Source: Flavobacterium agricola (GTDB lineage Bacteria; Bacteroidota; Bacteroidia; Flavobacteriales; Flavobacteriaceae). From it: a stretch of 32,000 nt of DNA. The position numbers and the translations under genes are program-made. The notes below the pieces were generated by a model. The model saw only the letters and a list, made by a program, of their open reading frames with translations, ran no database searches and was not told the origin of the DNA. Shown here in pieces: positions 18,591-27,406 of this stretch; positions within the stretch are counted from its first letter, which is position 1, and each line of letters starts with the position of its first letter. The stretch lies in NCBI RefSeq assembly GCF_025919725.1, contig NZ_CP081495.1, positions 2,062,044 to 2,094,043 of the forward strand, written 5' to 3'.

Positions 18591-20165
18591 TTAATATTTT
18601 GATGCAATTTCTTTAGCAGCTTGGTCTAAAACAGAAGTTAACTCGTCTGTATATTTACCAGCTTTTAAAGCGTTTAATGTATCTTTATGTTTTGCGTTTA
18701 AGTACTCGATATAATCGTTTTCGAATTCTTTAACTTTATCTACCGGTACATTTCTTAATAAGTTTTTAGTACCTGCATAAATAATTGCAATTTGATTTTC
18801 AACAGCATACGGATCATTTACTTTTTGTTTCAAAATTTCAACGTTACGTTTACCTTTTTCAATTACGTTTAAAGTTGCAGCATCTAAGTCAGAACCAAAT
18901 TTAGCGAAAGCTTCAAGCTCACGGTATTGTGCTTGGTCTAATTTTAAAGTACCAGAAACTTTTTTCATTGATTTAATTTGTGCGTTACCACCAACACGAG
19001 ATACAGAAATACCTACGTTAATTGCAGGACGAACACCCGAGTTAAATAAATCTGACTCTAAGAAAATTTGTCCGTCTGTAATTGAAATTACGTTTGTTGG
19101 GATATATGCAGAAACGTCACCAGCTTGAGTTTCGATAATTGGTAAAGCAGTTAAAGAACCTCCACCTTTTACGATACCTTTAATTGAATCTGGTAAATCG
19201 TTCATGTTTTGTGCGATTGAATCGTCAGCGATAATTTTAGCCGCACGCTCTAATAAACGAGAGTGAAGGTAGAAAACGTCACCTGGGTAAGCTTCACGTC
19301 CTGGTGGTCTTCTTAAAATTAATGACATTTCACGGTAAGCTACTGCTTGTTTAGATAAATCATCATAAACAATTAATGCAGGACGACCTGTGTCACGGAA
19401 ATATTCACCAATTGCAGCACCTGCCATTGGAGCGTAAACTTGCATTGGAGCAGGATCAGAAGCATTAGCAGCAACAATAATTGTATACGCCATAGCACCT
19501 TTTTCTTCTAAAGTTTTAGCAATATTTGCAACTGTAGAAGCTTTTTGACCTACTGCAACATAAATACAGAATACTGGTTTACCAGCATCGTAAAATTCTT
19601 TTTGATTTAAAATGGTATCAATACAAACAGTTGTTTTACCAGTTTGACGGTCACCAATAACCAACTCACGCTGTCCGCGACCAACTGGAATCATAGCGTC
19701 AATAGCTTTAATACCTGTTTGCATTGGCTCAGTAACAGGTTGACGGAAAATAACACCAGGAGCTTTACGCTCTAATGGCATTTCGTATAAATCTCCACCA
19801 ATAGGACCTTTACCATCAATTGGTTGACCTAGTGTATTTACTACACGCCCTACCATTTGTTCCCCTACTTTTAAAGAGGCAATTTTATTTAATCTTTTAA
19901 CTGTAGAACCTTCTTTAACACCTGCAGACGGACCTAATAATACCACACCTACATTATCTTCTTCAAGGTTTAATACAATAGCTTCAAGCCCGTTATCGAA
20001 CTGAACTAACTCACCATATTGTGCGTTTGATAATCCGTATACGCGAGCGATACCGTCTCCTACTTGAAGAACTGTTCCCACTTCTTCTAAAGTAGCACCT
20101 GATTCAAAACCAGATAATTGTTTCTTTAATATTGCTGAAATTTCAGCTGGTTTAATTTCGGCCAT
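18591..20165 (-). CDS. atpA: F1 ATP synthase alpha subunit
   Basis: 524 aa. [19 protein letters not shown] Walker A; C-terminal region signature ([14 protein letters not shown]). Confidence 0.99.
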   Translation of the reverse strand: MAEIKPAEISAILKKQLSGFESGATLEEVGTVLQVGDGIARVYGLSNAQYGELVQFDNGLEAIVLNLEEDNVGVVLLGPSAGVKEGSTVKRLNKIASLKVGEQMVGRVVNTLGQPIDGKGPIGGDLYEMPLERKAPGVIFRQPVTEPMQTGIKAIDAMIPVGRGQRELVIGDRQTGKTTVCIDTILNQKEFYDAGKPVFCIYVAVGQKASTVANIAKTLEEKGAMAYTIIVAANASDPAPMQVYAPMAGAAIGEYFRDTGRPALIVYDDLSKQAVAYREMSLILRRPPGREAYPGDVFYLHSRLLERAAKIIADDSIAQNMNDLPDSIKGIVKGGGSLTALPIIETQAGDVSAYIPTNVISITDGQIFLESDLFNSGVRPAINVGISVSRVGGNAQIKSMKKVSGTLKLDQAQYRELEAFAKFGSDLDAATLNVIEKGKRNVEILKQKVNDPYAVENQIAIIYAGTKNLLRNVPVDKVKEFENDYIEYLNAKHKDTLNALKAGKYTDELTSVLDQAAKEIASKY

Positions 20166-20206
20166 TTTTTAATATATAATTTAAACACTTTGCAGTGTGG
20201 TAAATA

Positions 20207-20734
20207 TTAATTGCTAAATTCTCTTTTTAAACGTTGTATTTTATTTTCGATTGATGCATTGTATTGCGTATCACCGATTCGTAAAATAAATCCACCAATA
20301 ATAGAAGGATCAACAACATTTTGGATTGTAATTTTTTTAGAAGATATTTCTTTAATCTTCTCTAAAACTTTTGCCTCTAATTCAGTTGACATTGGTACAG
20401 CAGTTGTTACAATTGCATTTTGTACCCCACGAGATTCATCGTACAACGCTGTATATTTTTCAGCAATAGCTGGTAAAATTTCGAAACGTTGGTTTGATGT
20501 TAATAATTGGAATAAACGCTTAGTTCCTGTAGTTGCAGAAGCGAAAATTTCGTTTAACGCATTTTCTTTAACTTGTGCAGAAATTACAGGATTAAGTAAA
20601 AATGTAGCTAATTCAGTATTGTTTTTTACTGTACTTGCAATCAATTCCATATCTCCATTTACGTCAGAGGCATTATTGTTTGCTAAAGCAATATCTAAAA
20701 CTGCTTGTGCATATCTAATTGCTGCTCTTGCCAT
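20207..20734 (-). CDS. atpH: F1 ATP synthase delta subunit
   Basis: 175 aa. AIRYAQAVLDIA..., VVDPSIIGGFILRIGDTQYNASIENKIQRLKREF. Confidence 0.95.
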   Translation of the reverse strand: MARAAIRYAQAVLDIALANNNASDVNGDMELIASTVKNNTELATFLLNPVISAQVKENALNEIFASATTGTKRLFQLLTSNQRFEILPAIAEKYTALYDESRGVQNAIVTTAVPMSTELEAKVLEKIKEISSKKITIQNVVDPSIIGGFILRIGDTQYNASIENKIQRLKREFSN

Positions 20735-20740
20735 AAATAA

Positions 20741-21241
20741 TTAGTTTGCTTTTATATCTGCTAACATGTTCTCAACTAATTTTTCTTGAGATGCTTTGTT
20801 AGATAATTCTTCTCTTAAAACTTTTTCAGCAATTTCTAAAGAAAGTGTTGAAACGTGTGTTTTAATTTCTGCCATAGCAGCATTTTTCTCTGCTTCAATA
20901 ACCGATTTTGCTTGAGCAATTAAAGCTTCACCTTGTGATTGCGCTTCAGTTTTAGCTTCAGCAATCATTTGTTCTTTAATGTCACGAGCTTCTTTTAACA
21001 TCGCGTCACGTTCAGCACGAGCTTCGTTTAACAAACGTTCGTTATCAACTTTTAAGTTAAGCATGTCTTTGCGTGCTTTTTCCGCAGAATCTAAAGCATC
21101 TTGAATACCTTTTTCTCTGTCTTCTAAAGCTGCAACGATTGGTTTCCATGCAAATTTACCTAAAACGATAACAACAACTAGTAAAATAATAGCTTGCCAG
21201 AAAAACAAACCGTATGAAAAATCGTTGATTAACTTTTCCAT
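20741..21241 (-). CDS. atpF: Fo ATP synthase b subunit
   Basis: 166 aa. N-terminal TM helix, FAWKPIVAALEDREKGIQDALDSAEKA, then a long charged helix. Confidence 0.97.
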   Translation of the reverse strand: MEKLINDFSYGLFFWQAIILLVVVIVLGKFAWKPIVAALEDREKGIQDALDSAEKARKDMLNLKVDNERLLNEARAERDAMLKEARDIKEQMIAEAKTEAQSQGEALIAQAKSVIEAEKNAAMAEIKTHVSTLSLEIAEKVLREELSNKASQEKLVENMLADIKAN

Positions 21242-21291
21242 TTATATCAGATTTTATACTTAGTAACTTATTAATATTTTGTTTAATCAAA

Positions 21292-21320
21292 AGCATCTAT
21301 AGCCAACCGCTACAGATGCT
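21292..21320 (-). other. Intercistronic stem-loop between atpE and atpF
   Basis: Minus RNA AGCAUCUGUAG-CGGUUGG-CUAUAGAUGCU: 11 pairs including one G.U, followed by UUUGAUU. Confidence 0.7.
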
Positions 21321-21338
21321 ATTGTTTTTCTGCAGAGC

Positions 21339-21533
21339 TTATTTTCCTAAGATTAAAGCACCGAATGCTAAACCTTCTAATAACGCTCCAATAATGATCA
21401 TTGCAGTTTGGATTTTTCCTGCTGCTTCTGGTTGACGAGCAATAGCATCCATTGCTGATGAACCAATTTTACCTAAACCGTAACCTGCACCAACAACGAT
21501 TACACCTGCACCAACTAATACTGGAATTTCCAT
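21339..21533 (-). CDS. atpE: Fo ATP synthase c subunit
   Basis: 64 aa, two TM helices. GAGYGLGKIGSSAMDAIARQPEAAGKIQTAMIIIGALLEGLAFGALIL. Confidence 0.97.
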   Translation of the reverse strand: MEIPVLVGAGVIVVGAGYGLGKIGSSAMDAIARQPEAAGKIQTAMIIIGALLEGLAFGALILGK

Positions 21534-21578
21534 GATAATTGAATTATATATAATTAAACAAAATTTATTTAAAACTTA

Positions 21579-22724
21579 TTAATGCTCTTCGTGTTCTTGA
21601 ACTGCTTGTCCAATAAACAATGAAGATAACATAGTAAAAATGAAAGCTTGTAAGAAAGCGATTAACAATTCTAAAAACGTTAAAAACGTTGTTAATAAAA
21701 ATGTTACTGCTGTACCACCAATTACACCTAAAGTTGCTTTCATGATAAACACCACAGAAATTAATCCCATAACTACAGAGTGTCCTGCGGTAATATTCGC
21801 GAATAAACGAATCATTAATGAGAAAGGCTTAGTTAACATACCTAAAACCTCGATCGGTGCTAAAACAAATTTCATAGGCACAGGTACACCTGGCATCCAA
21901 AAAATATGTTTCCAATAATCTTTATTTCCGCTAAAACTTGTTACAAAGAAAGTAAATAATGCCAAACATAAAGTAACAGAAATATTACCTGTAACGTTTA
22001 ATCCTAATGGTGTTAAACCTAATAAGTTTAATAAAAAGATTAAAAAGAAAACTGATAATAAGAAAGGCATAAACTTTTTGTATTGTTTTTGCCCAATGTT
22101 TGGGATAGCCATTTCGTCGCGTACATATAAAACTAACGGCTCTAAAACTCTTGCAAATCCTTTTGGCAAATTATTAGGCGATGTTTTGTATGTTTTTGCT
22201 AAAGCAGTAAATCCTAAAAAGATTAAGACTGACGCTAATAACAAACCTGCTACGTTTTTAGTAATGGAGAAATCTAATGGCTTTGCATTGGTAGGATTAC
22301 CGTTTTCATCATACGTAATCGTTCCTTCTGCATCTGTTTTGTATATTTTAGAATGGTAGTATTTGTAATACTGACCGTCTTTTTCTACTACTGCATTTCC
22401 GTGATCAAACTCACTAGAAAGAAAAACTTTTAACCCATTATCAATCAAGATAACTGGAAGAGGGAAACCAAAATGTTGGTGTGTGTCACTGTCGTGAAAA
22501 AATGTATAATAATGATCATCCTTTAAGTGATGTACAATGGCTTCATTAACATCTTCAGGTTTTTGATCGTTATGTTCTGAAACACGCTGTGTCATTTCAT
22601 GCTCAACAGCATGTTCTTGCGTCGCATTTATAGCTTCTGGTGTTGTGTTAGCCATCATTACCGACGACATTAACCCAACAAGCGCAAAAAGTATAAATTT
22701 TACCGGTTTACTTGTGATTACCAT
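21579..22724 (-). CDS. atpB: Fo ATP synthase a subunit with long exported N-terminal extension
   Basis: 381 aa. Signal peptide plus His/acid-rich region. C-terminal a-subunit with FLLNLLGLTPLG, MIRLFANITAGH, and FLELLIAFLQAFIFTMLSSLFIGQAV. Confidence 0.97.
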   Translation of the reverse strand: MVITSKPVKFILFALVGLMSSVMMANTTPEAINATQEHAVEHEMTQRVSEHNDQKPEDVNEAIVHHLKDDHYYTFFHDSDTHQHFGFPLPVILIDNGLKVFLSSEFDHGNAVVEKDGQYYKYYHSKIYKTDAEGTITYDENGNPTNAKPLDFSITKNVAGLLLASVLIFLGFTALAKTYKTSPNNLPKGFARVLEPLVLYVRDEMAIPNIGQKQYKKFMPFLLSVFFLIFLLNLLGLTPLGLNVTGNISVTLCLALFTFFVTSFSGNKDYWKHIFWMPGVPVPMKFVLAPIEVLGMLTKPFSLMIRLFANITAGHSVVMGLISVVFIMKATLGVIGGTAVTFLLTTFLTFLELLIAFLQAFIFTMLSSLFIGQAVQEHEEH

Positions 22725-22825
22725 ACCTTATTAATTACCTTAACTTTTACGGTCGTTTAAAAATTTGTGCAAAGCTACGTTTTTTATTCTAATTAAGATA
22801 CCTATTGCACTATTTTTTTATTTAT

Positions 22826-23221
22826 TTAATTAACTTTTGTTTTGTACGATACGCTATTTAATATTTTAGCAGTTTGATTCAATTCTAAAATCATAAAAAA
22901 GAAAAAAAGTAATAAAATACTGTATTTTTCATATTTATGATGCTCGTGTGTTGAACCCAATACATCATTAAAAACCCAAAAACATACTATTGTTTTTAAT
23001 GTGAAAAATAGCAAATAAACAAAACCGATATATTGATTTTGTTTTTTAGACAACAAATATAATACTGTTATTGTTAAAAATGAAAAAAACACAAACAATA
23101 AATTTACAGCATGTAAATTATATACAAATTGCGGGATGCTTTTACTGAAAGGAAGAAAATTAAAAATAAAAAAATGGAATCCAAGAAACAAAGTAGACCA
23201 TTTAAAAAAGTTTAAAATCAT
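22826..23221 (-). CDS. Small membrane protein, possibly DUF6168 family
   Basis: 131 aa, four hydrophobic segments, located between AtpZ-like and atpB genes as in other flavobacteria (recollection, not searched). Confidence 0.55.
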   Translation of the reverse strand: MILNFFKWSTLFLGFHFFIFNFLPFSKSIPQFVYNLHAVNLLFVFFSFLTITVLYLLSKKQNQYIGFVYLLFFTLKTIVCFWVFNDVLGSTHEHHKYEKYSILLLFFFFMILELNQTAKILNSVSYKTKVN

Positions 23222-23327
23222 GGCAAGAACGTTATAGAATTGTCTGTTTTAAATAAAAATGAATTTTTTTGCAAAATTACGCTTTATTATTCAGAATCAA
23301 TTACTTTAACATTCTTATTGCATTGTT

Positions 23328-23582
23328 TTAGTCATTTTTATTAGAAACTTCCTGAACTTGCTTAATTACTACATATATCGCTAAAAAAACACCCAATAAG
23401 GTTAAAGCTTTCTCGTAATTTATCGTATTACTTGCGTAGTTAGCATCTAACCAAACTCCAAATTGGTAAAAAAGATAAATGGTTAGTCCCATTTGAGCAG
23501 GAATCCCCACAAAGACTAACCATTTTGTATTGTTATTTTTTTTCACCTTTTTCAGCTGTTTTGGTGTTTTGGGCCTCAGCAT
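23328..23582 (-). CDS. AtpZ/AtpI family protein
   Basis: 84 aa, two TM helices. NNTKWLVFVGIPAQMGLTIYLFYQFGVWLDANY, upstream of atpB. Confidence 0.75.
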   Translation of the reverse strand: MLRPKTPKQLKKVKKNNNTKWLVFVGIPAQMGLTIYLFYQFGVWLDANYASNTINYEKALTLLGVFLAIYVVIKQVQEVSNKND

Positions 23583-23928
23583 GCATTTCGCAAGTAGAAT
23601 TTACTTTTGCACCTTGCTCTACCACCAAATTTTTCATTTTTAAATGTCCGGTTACCACAGCGCTTGTTCGTAAAGTAATTAACGCATCAACAATTGCAGT
23701 TCCTTCAAAAACACCTTCAATATCTAGGTTAGCACATTTAATATCGCCTACTAATTTACCTTGGGCACCAATTACCAGCCTACCTTTACAAGTAAAATTA
23801 CCGTGTAATAAACCATCTAATCTAAAATCGGCTTCAGAGGTAATATCGCCTTTTATTTCGGTTGCATAAACAATTCTATTGGTTTTGCCTAGATTTTCTG
23901 TTGCGTTGGGTTCTCCTTTTTTAAACAT
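23533..23928 (-). CDS. Polymer-forming cytoskeletal protein (bactofilin)
   Basis: 131 aa. NRIVYATEIKGDITSEADFRLDGLLHGNFTCKGRLVIGAQGKLVGDIKCANLDIEGVFEGTA, short beta-helix repeats. Confidence 0.88.
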   Translation of the reverse strand: MFKKGEPNATENLGKTNRIVYATEIKGDITSEADFRLDGLLHGNFTCKGRLVIGAQGKLVGDIKCANLDIEGVFEGTAIVDALITLRTSAVVTGHLKMKNLVVEQGAKVNSTCEMHAEAQNTKTAEKGEKK

Positions 23929-23934
23929 AGCTAT

Positions 23935-26574
23935 CTATTTTATTTTGTATGAATCTAAATTTTTATGGGTTTGAATTACAATGTAGTTATGCAACGACAT
24001 TGGTAAACCGTTTAGCTTAACCTTATATTCTTTTTCGTGAAGCAGCATATCCATTTGTCTGGCTCTTGCATCCGAATAAAAACCGTGCACCACAACTAAT
24101 GTTATTTCTGGGTTATAATAATCAACCGTAACTTTTAATGATGCATTATGCGTTTGGGTTATATATTTTTGAATGGTTTGCACCAAACCTTCAATTTGTT
24201 TGGTATCGTTTTTCGGTAACTGATAAACCAACAGCCATTTGTTTAGATCTTTATCTGAAAACTCATAAGCTTCTAAACTCGGAATTTCAGTTTCTAAAAT
24301 ACGTTTGGCCTCTTTTCCTTCTTCCGTTAATGGATATAAATCTTCTATTTCGGTCAAAGCTTGTTTATAAGCAGTAACTCCGTAAATTTTAGCTAAAAGG
24401 CGTGCTTTTAACAATTCAAATTTAGAAATAATTGGCGTACCGGTATAAAAATCAATTTTTTCTTTAACTTGTTCTAAAGCCAATTCCGGATCGTTTTTAT
24501 CTAAATATTCTTTATAAACTACGGTATAAACAGCTTCCGGATCGTCTGTTTTTTCGGCAACCAAACCTTGCAAAACTTTAGCGTAATGCGTATCCGGATA
24601 TTCTGTCATTATTTTATTTTGATAAACAAGTGCTTTAGGCGAATTTAATTTGGTGTAAATTTTATACAAATTATAATATGTTGGCAACAGCAAACCTTTT
24701 TCTGGGTTAGATGCCAACAAACTTTCTAATCGGTCTGCAGCCAATTGATATTCGCCAAACTTATCATCATAAATATAACCCAACTCGTAATAAGCAGCGT
24801 TTCTATTCTTTTCAAGCTCAGCAATTGCTTCAGGATCGGTAACTACTTTATCTAAATACGTTTGTAAATCGTATTTAGGCAAACTTAAATCTAACAAAGG
24901 TTTTTCGCCTTTTTCTGTTAAAGTGCTATCCACGCTAATGGTAATATTTTCATTCGCAGCAATTGCTCCGGTGTTAGAAACATTAGCCAACCAACGCCAA
25001 TTATCCTTTAACGGTCGTTTACCCCAACGGCGTTCAAAATTTAATTTTCCTTGCTGAACCGATTGCGGAATATAATAGTAAAATGTATTTTGATCGGCAT
25101 CAAAACCTGGCGGAGGCATCATTTCTGCTCCCGGTGGTTGAAAGTTATTAGTTGATTGAGAAGCTAAGTTATTAATAGCTTGTTGCTGTTGTTGGGCAGC
25201 TGCAATATTATTTTGTTTTTTAGCTTGTTCTATAGCTTTTAGCGCTGCCTCGGTATCTTTTTCTTTAAGTTCTTCTATATAACCCGAAAAATAAGCAACG
25301 CGCTCGGGCTCGGTCATGTTATAAATACGAATGGTGCTATCTGCAACCGTTATCATGTCTTCGTATTTAATAACTTCTCCAATGTTTTTTAACTTGCGTT
25401 GAATGGTAAGATATTCTTTTGATGGATTAGGTAAATTTACTAACGAAGAATCGTAATATTTAGCCGAAGTTTTAAAATCACGTTCTTCAAAATTTATCTG
25501 TCCTAATTCTCGGTAATTTGATGCTTGTAAATAGCGATCTTTACCGTTATTTTGTTTTATAGATGCGTTGTAATACGCAATGGCTTTTTTATAATCGTGG
25601 TAATGATTGTAAAAGTTACCTAATTGATGATTTAAAATATACAAATACGGACGATTTTCACGATCGGCTAACAATGCATTAAATTTTTTCAGAAAGGCAA
25701 TCGTATCTCCTTTTTCGTAATCAAACAAATTAGCTTGTTGTGCGTAAGCTTGCATGGTATACATGCGTTTGGCTTTACGCTTCATGTTAATTACTTCCTG
25801 AAAATAATAATTTGCGCTATCTGGCTGATTGAATTTATTATGCAGCTGCCCTAAAATGAACGAAAAACGAGCTTTTTTCTCATTATCTCTTGTCAAGTTA
25901 CGAGCCACGGTAAGTTTGGTAATTGCCGTATCAATAACTTGGGTGTTGTAATAAGCTTGTGCTAAAACAGCATTGGCATCAACAAAAACTTCTTTTTTAA
26001 AATCTTTCTGATCCGTAGTTTCAAGCAATTCTTTCAAGTTAGCAATTGCTTGTTCGTTATTATCTAATTGAATATGTGCACGCTCACGCCAAACAACAAT
26101 TTCGTTTAACGTATTGGCTTCTGGCGATTTATAAATAACATAATTAAAAGCTTCAATAGCAGGTAAAAATCGGTTGTCGTAATAACGGGTTTTGCCTAAA
26201 AGCAAATAGGCTTCATCTGCCTGCGGATTTCGTTCTTGCCCATTAATGTACATGGAATGTTTTTGGATGGCTTTGGTTGCTTTATCTTCAGGAACCGAAA
26301 GATTTTGCCCTGTTTGCTCACCAGAAGGCGCCTCAAATTCATCTTTTGCTACAAAAGGTTCAATAGGTAAAACTTCCCAATAATTATCAACAAAACTATT
26401 GATTAATTCTTCGTGGTATTTATTAAACGCTTCTTGCCCATTAAACAACACATTGTACTCGGTAGTTAAAGCCTGAAACTTACGGTTAAGCAGCGTATCA
26501 CGCTTGGTAGAGCATGCAATTACCACCCATGCCAAAGCAATGGGAATTAGTATTTTTAAAGAGAATTGTTTCAC
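23935..26574 (-). CDS. sprE: Gliding motility/T9SS-associated TPR lipoprotein SprE (PorW-like)
   Basis: 879 aa. Lipobox VIACSTKRDTLLNRKFQALTTEYNVLFNGQEAF, extended TPR region, C-terminal LHEKEYKVKLNGLPMSLHNYIVI. Confidence 0.8.
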   Translation of the reverse strand: MKQFSLKILIPIALAWVVIACSTKRDTLLNRKFQALTTEYNVLFNGQEAFNKYHEELINSFVDNYWEVLPIEPFVAKDEFEAPSGEQTGQNLSVPEDKATKAIQKHSMYINGQERNPQADEAYLLLGKTRYYDNRFLPAIEAFNYVIYKSPEANTLNEIVVWRERAHIQLDNNEQAIANLKELLETTDQKDFKKEVFVDANAVLAQAYYNTQVIDTAITKLTVARNLTRDNEKKARFSFILGQLHNKFNQPDSANYYFQEVINMKRKAKRMYTMQAYAQQANLFDYEKGDTIAFLKKFNALLADRENRPYLYILNHQLGNFYNHYHDYKKAIAYYNASIKQNNGKDRYLQASNYRELGQINFEERDFKTSAKYYDSSLVNLPNPSKEYLTIQRKLKNIGEVIKYEDMITVADSTIRIYNMTEPERVAYFSGYIEELKEKDTEAALKAIEQAKKQNNIAAAQQQQQAINNLASQSTNNFQPPGAEMMPPPGFDADQNTFYYYIPQSVQQGKLNFERRWGKRPLKDNWRWLANVSNTGAIAANENITISVDSTLTEKGEKPLLDLSLPKYDLQTYLDKVVTDPEAIAELEKNRNAAYYELGYIYDDKFGEYQLAADRLESLLASNPEKGLLLPTYYNLYKIYTKLNSPKALVYQNKIMTEYPDTHYAKVLQGLVAEKTDDPEAVYTVVYKEYLDKNDPELALEQVKEKIDFYTGTPIISKFELLKARLLAKIYGVTAYKQALTEIEDLYPLTEEGKEAKRILETEIPSLEAYEFSDKDLNKWLLVYQLPKNDTKQIEGLVQTIQKYITQTHNASLKVTVDYYNPEITLVVVHGFYSDARARQMDMLLHEKEYKVKLNGLPMSLHNYIVIQTHKNLDSYKIK

Positions 26575-26672
26575 GTACTAAGCTATATGTTTTTAAAAAC
26601 TTAATTATAAGGCAGTTATTGTATAACGGTTTAAAATCTTGTTTTAAAACCCAACCAAGTTCAAATATAAAT

Positions 26673-26698
26673 AAAAAATCCCTCGGTCGAGGGATTTA
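26673..26698 (-). terminator. Terminator downstream of the ABC transporter operon
   Basis: aaatccctcg-gt-cgagggattt, GC-rich stem. Plus-strand A6 gives a U tail for the minus transcript, 3 nt past the ATPase stop. Confidence 0.85.
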
Positions 26699-26700
26699 TA

Positions 26701-27396
26701 TTATACAGCAAAAAAGCTTTCGAGCTCTTGCAACGAATTTTCTGTTTTTTCGGTATCTTTTAACAACCTTCCTTTTTCTAATATTAAAATGCGAGAAACA
26801 ACCTCAACGGTTAAACTTAAATCGTGAGAAGAAATTAAAATGGTTGTTTTATTATTTTGGCTAAAATCTGTAATTACACGCTTTAAACGGATTTGCGTGG
26901 TTGGATCTAAATTTGCAAACGGCTCGTCTAAAATAACAACTTCAGGATTACCCATAAAAGCAGCAATAATGCCAACTTTTTTTTGGTTTCCTTTAGAAAG
27001 ATCACGAATGTATTTTTTCTTGTTTAAAATTTCGTCGTTAAAAAAATCACGAAACGTTTCTATAAACGCGTCAACATCGGCTTTATTCATATTATGCAAG
27101 CTGCCAATAAAATAAAAATATTCTTCGGGGGTTAAATAACCTATTAAAAAAGATTCATCTAAAAAAGCAGCCGTATGTTTTTTCCAGCTATCAGATTGGC
27201 TCACTACAATGCCCTTGTTACTTACAAAACCTTTGCTTGGCTCAATTAAATCTAATATTAACGAAAACAAAGTTGTTTTACCTGCGCCGTTATTACCAAT
27301 TAAACCAACAACTTCTGATCGCTGAATTTCAAGCGCATCAATAGCTAAAACGGTTTCTTTACCATATGTTTTTTGTAAATTTTCTATTCGAATCAT
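26701..27396 (-). CDS. ABC transporter ATP-binding protein
   Basis: 231 aa. GLIGNNGAGKTT Walker A, LSKGNQKKVGI signature, VVILDEPFANLDP Walker B, ISSHDL. Confidence 0.95.
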   Translation of the reverse strand: MIRIENLQKTYGKETVLAIDALEIQRSEVVGLIGNNGAGKTTLFSLILDLIEPSKGFVSNKGIVVSQSDSWKKHTAAFLDESFLIGYLTPEEYFYFIGSLHNMNKADVDAFIETFRDFFNDEILNKKKYIRDLSKGNQKKVGIIAAFMGNPEVVILDEPFANLDPTTQIRLKRVITDFSQNNKTTILISSHDLSLTVEVVSRILILEKGRLLKDTEKTENSLQELESFFAV

Positions 27397-27406
27397 CGTG
27401 TTGAAT

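Noticed and set aside
20211-20744. 177-aa plus-strand ORF antisense to atpH
   Set aside because: Long for an antisense frame, but it covers atpH almost exactly, and atpH has clear family motifs. Likely a codon-usage shadow.
21542-21555. aattatatataatt 14-nt palindrome between atpB and atpE
   Set aside because: Entirely A/T, with low thermodynamic stability and expected by chance in this composition.
22078-22359. Plus-strand ORFs antisense to atpB (21640..21918 and 22078..22359)
   Set aside because: They mirror conserved atpB coding sequence and have no independent support.
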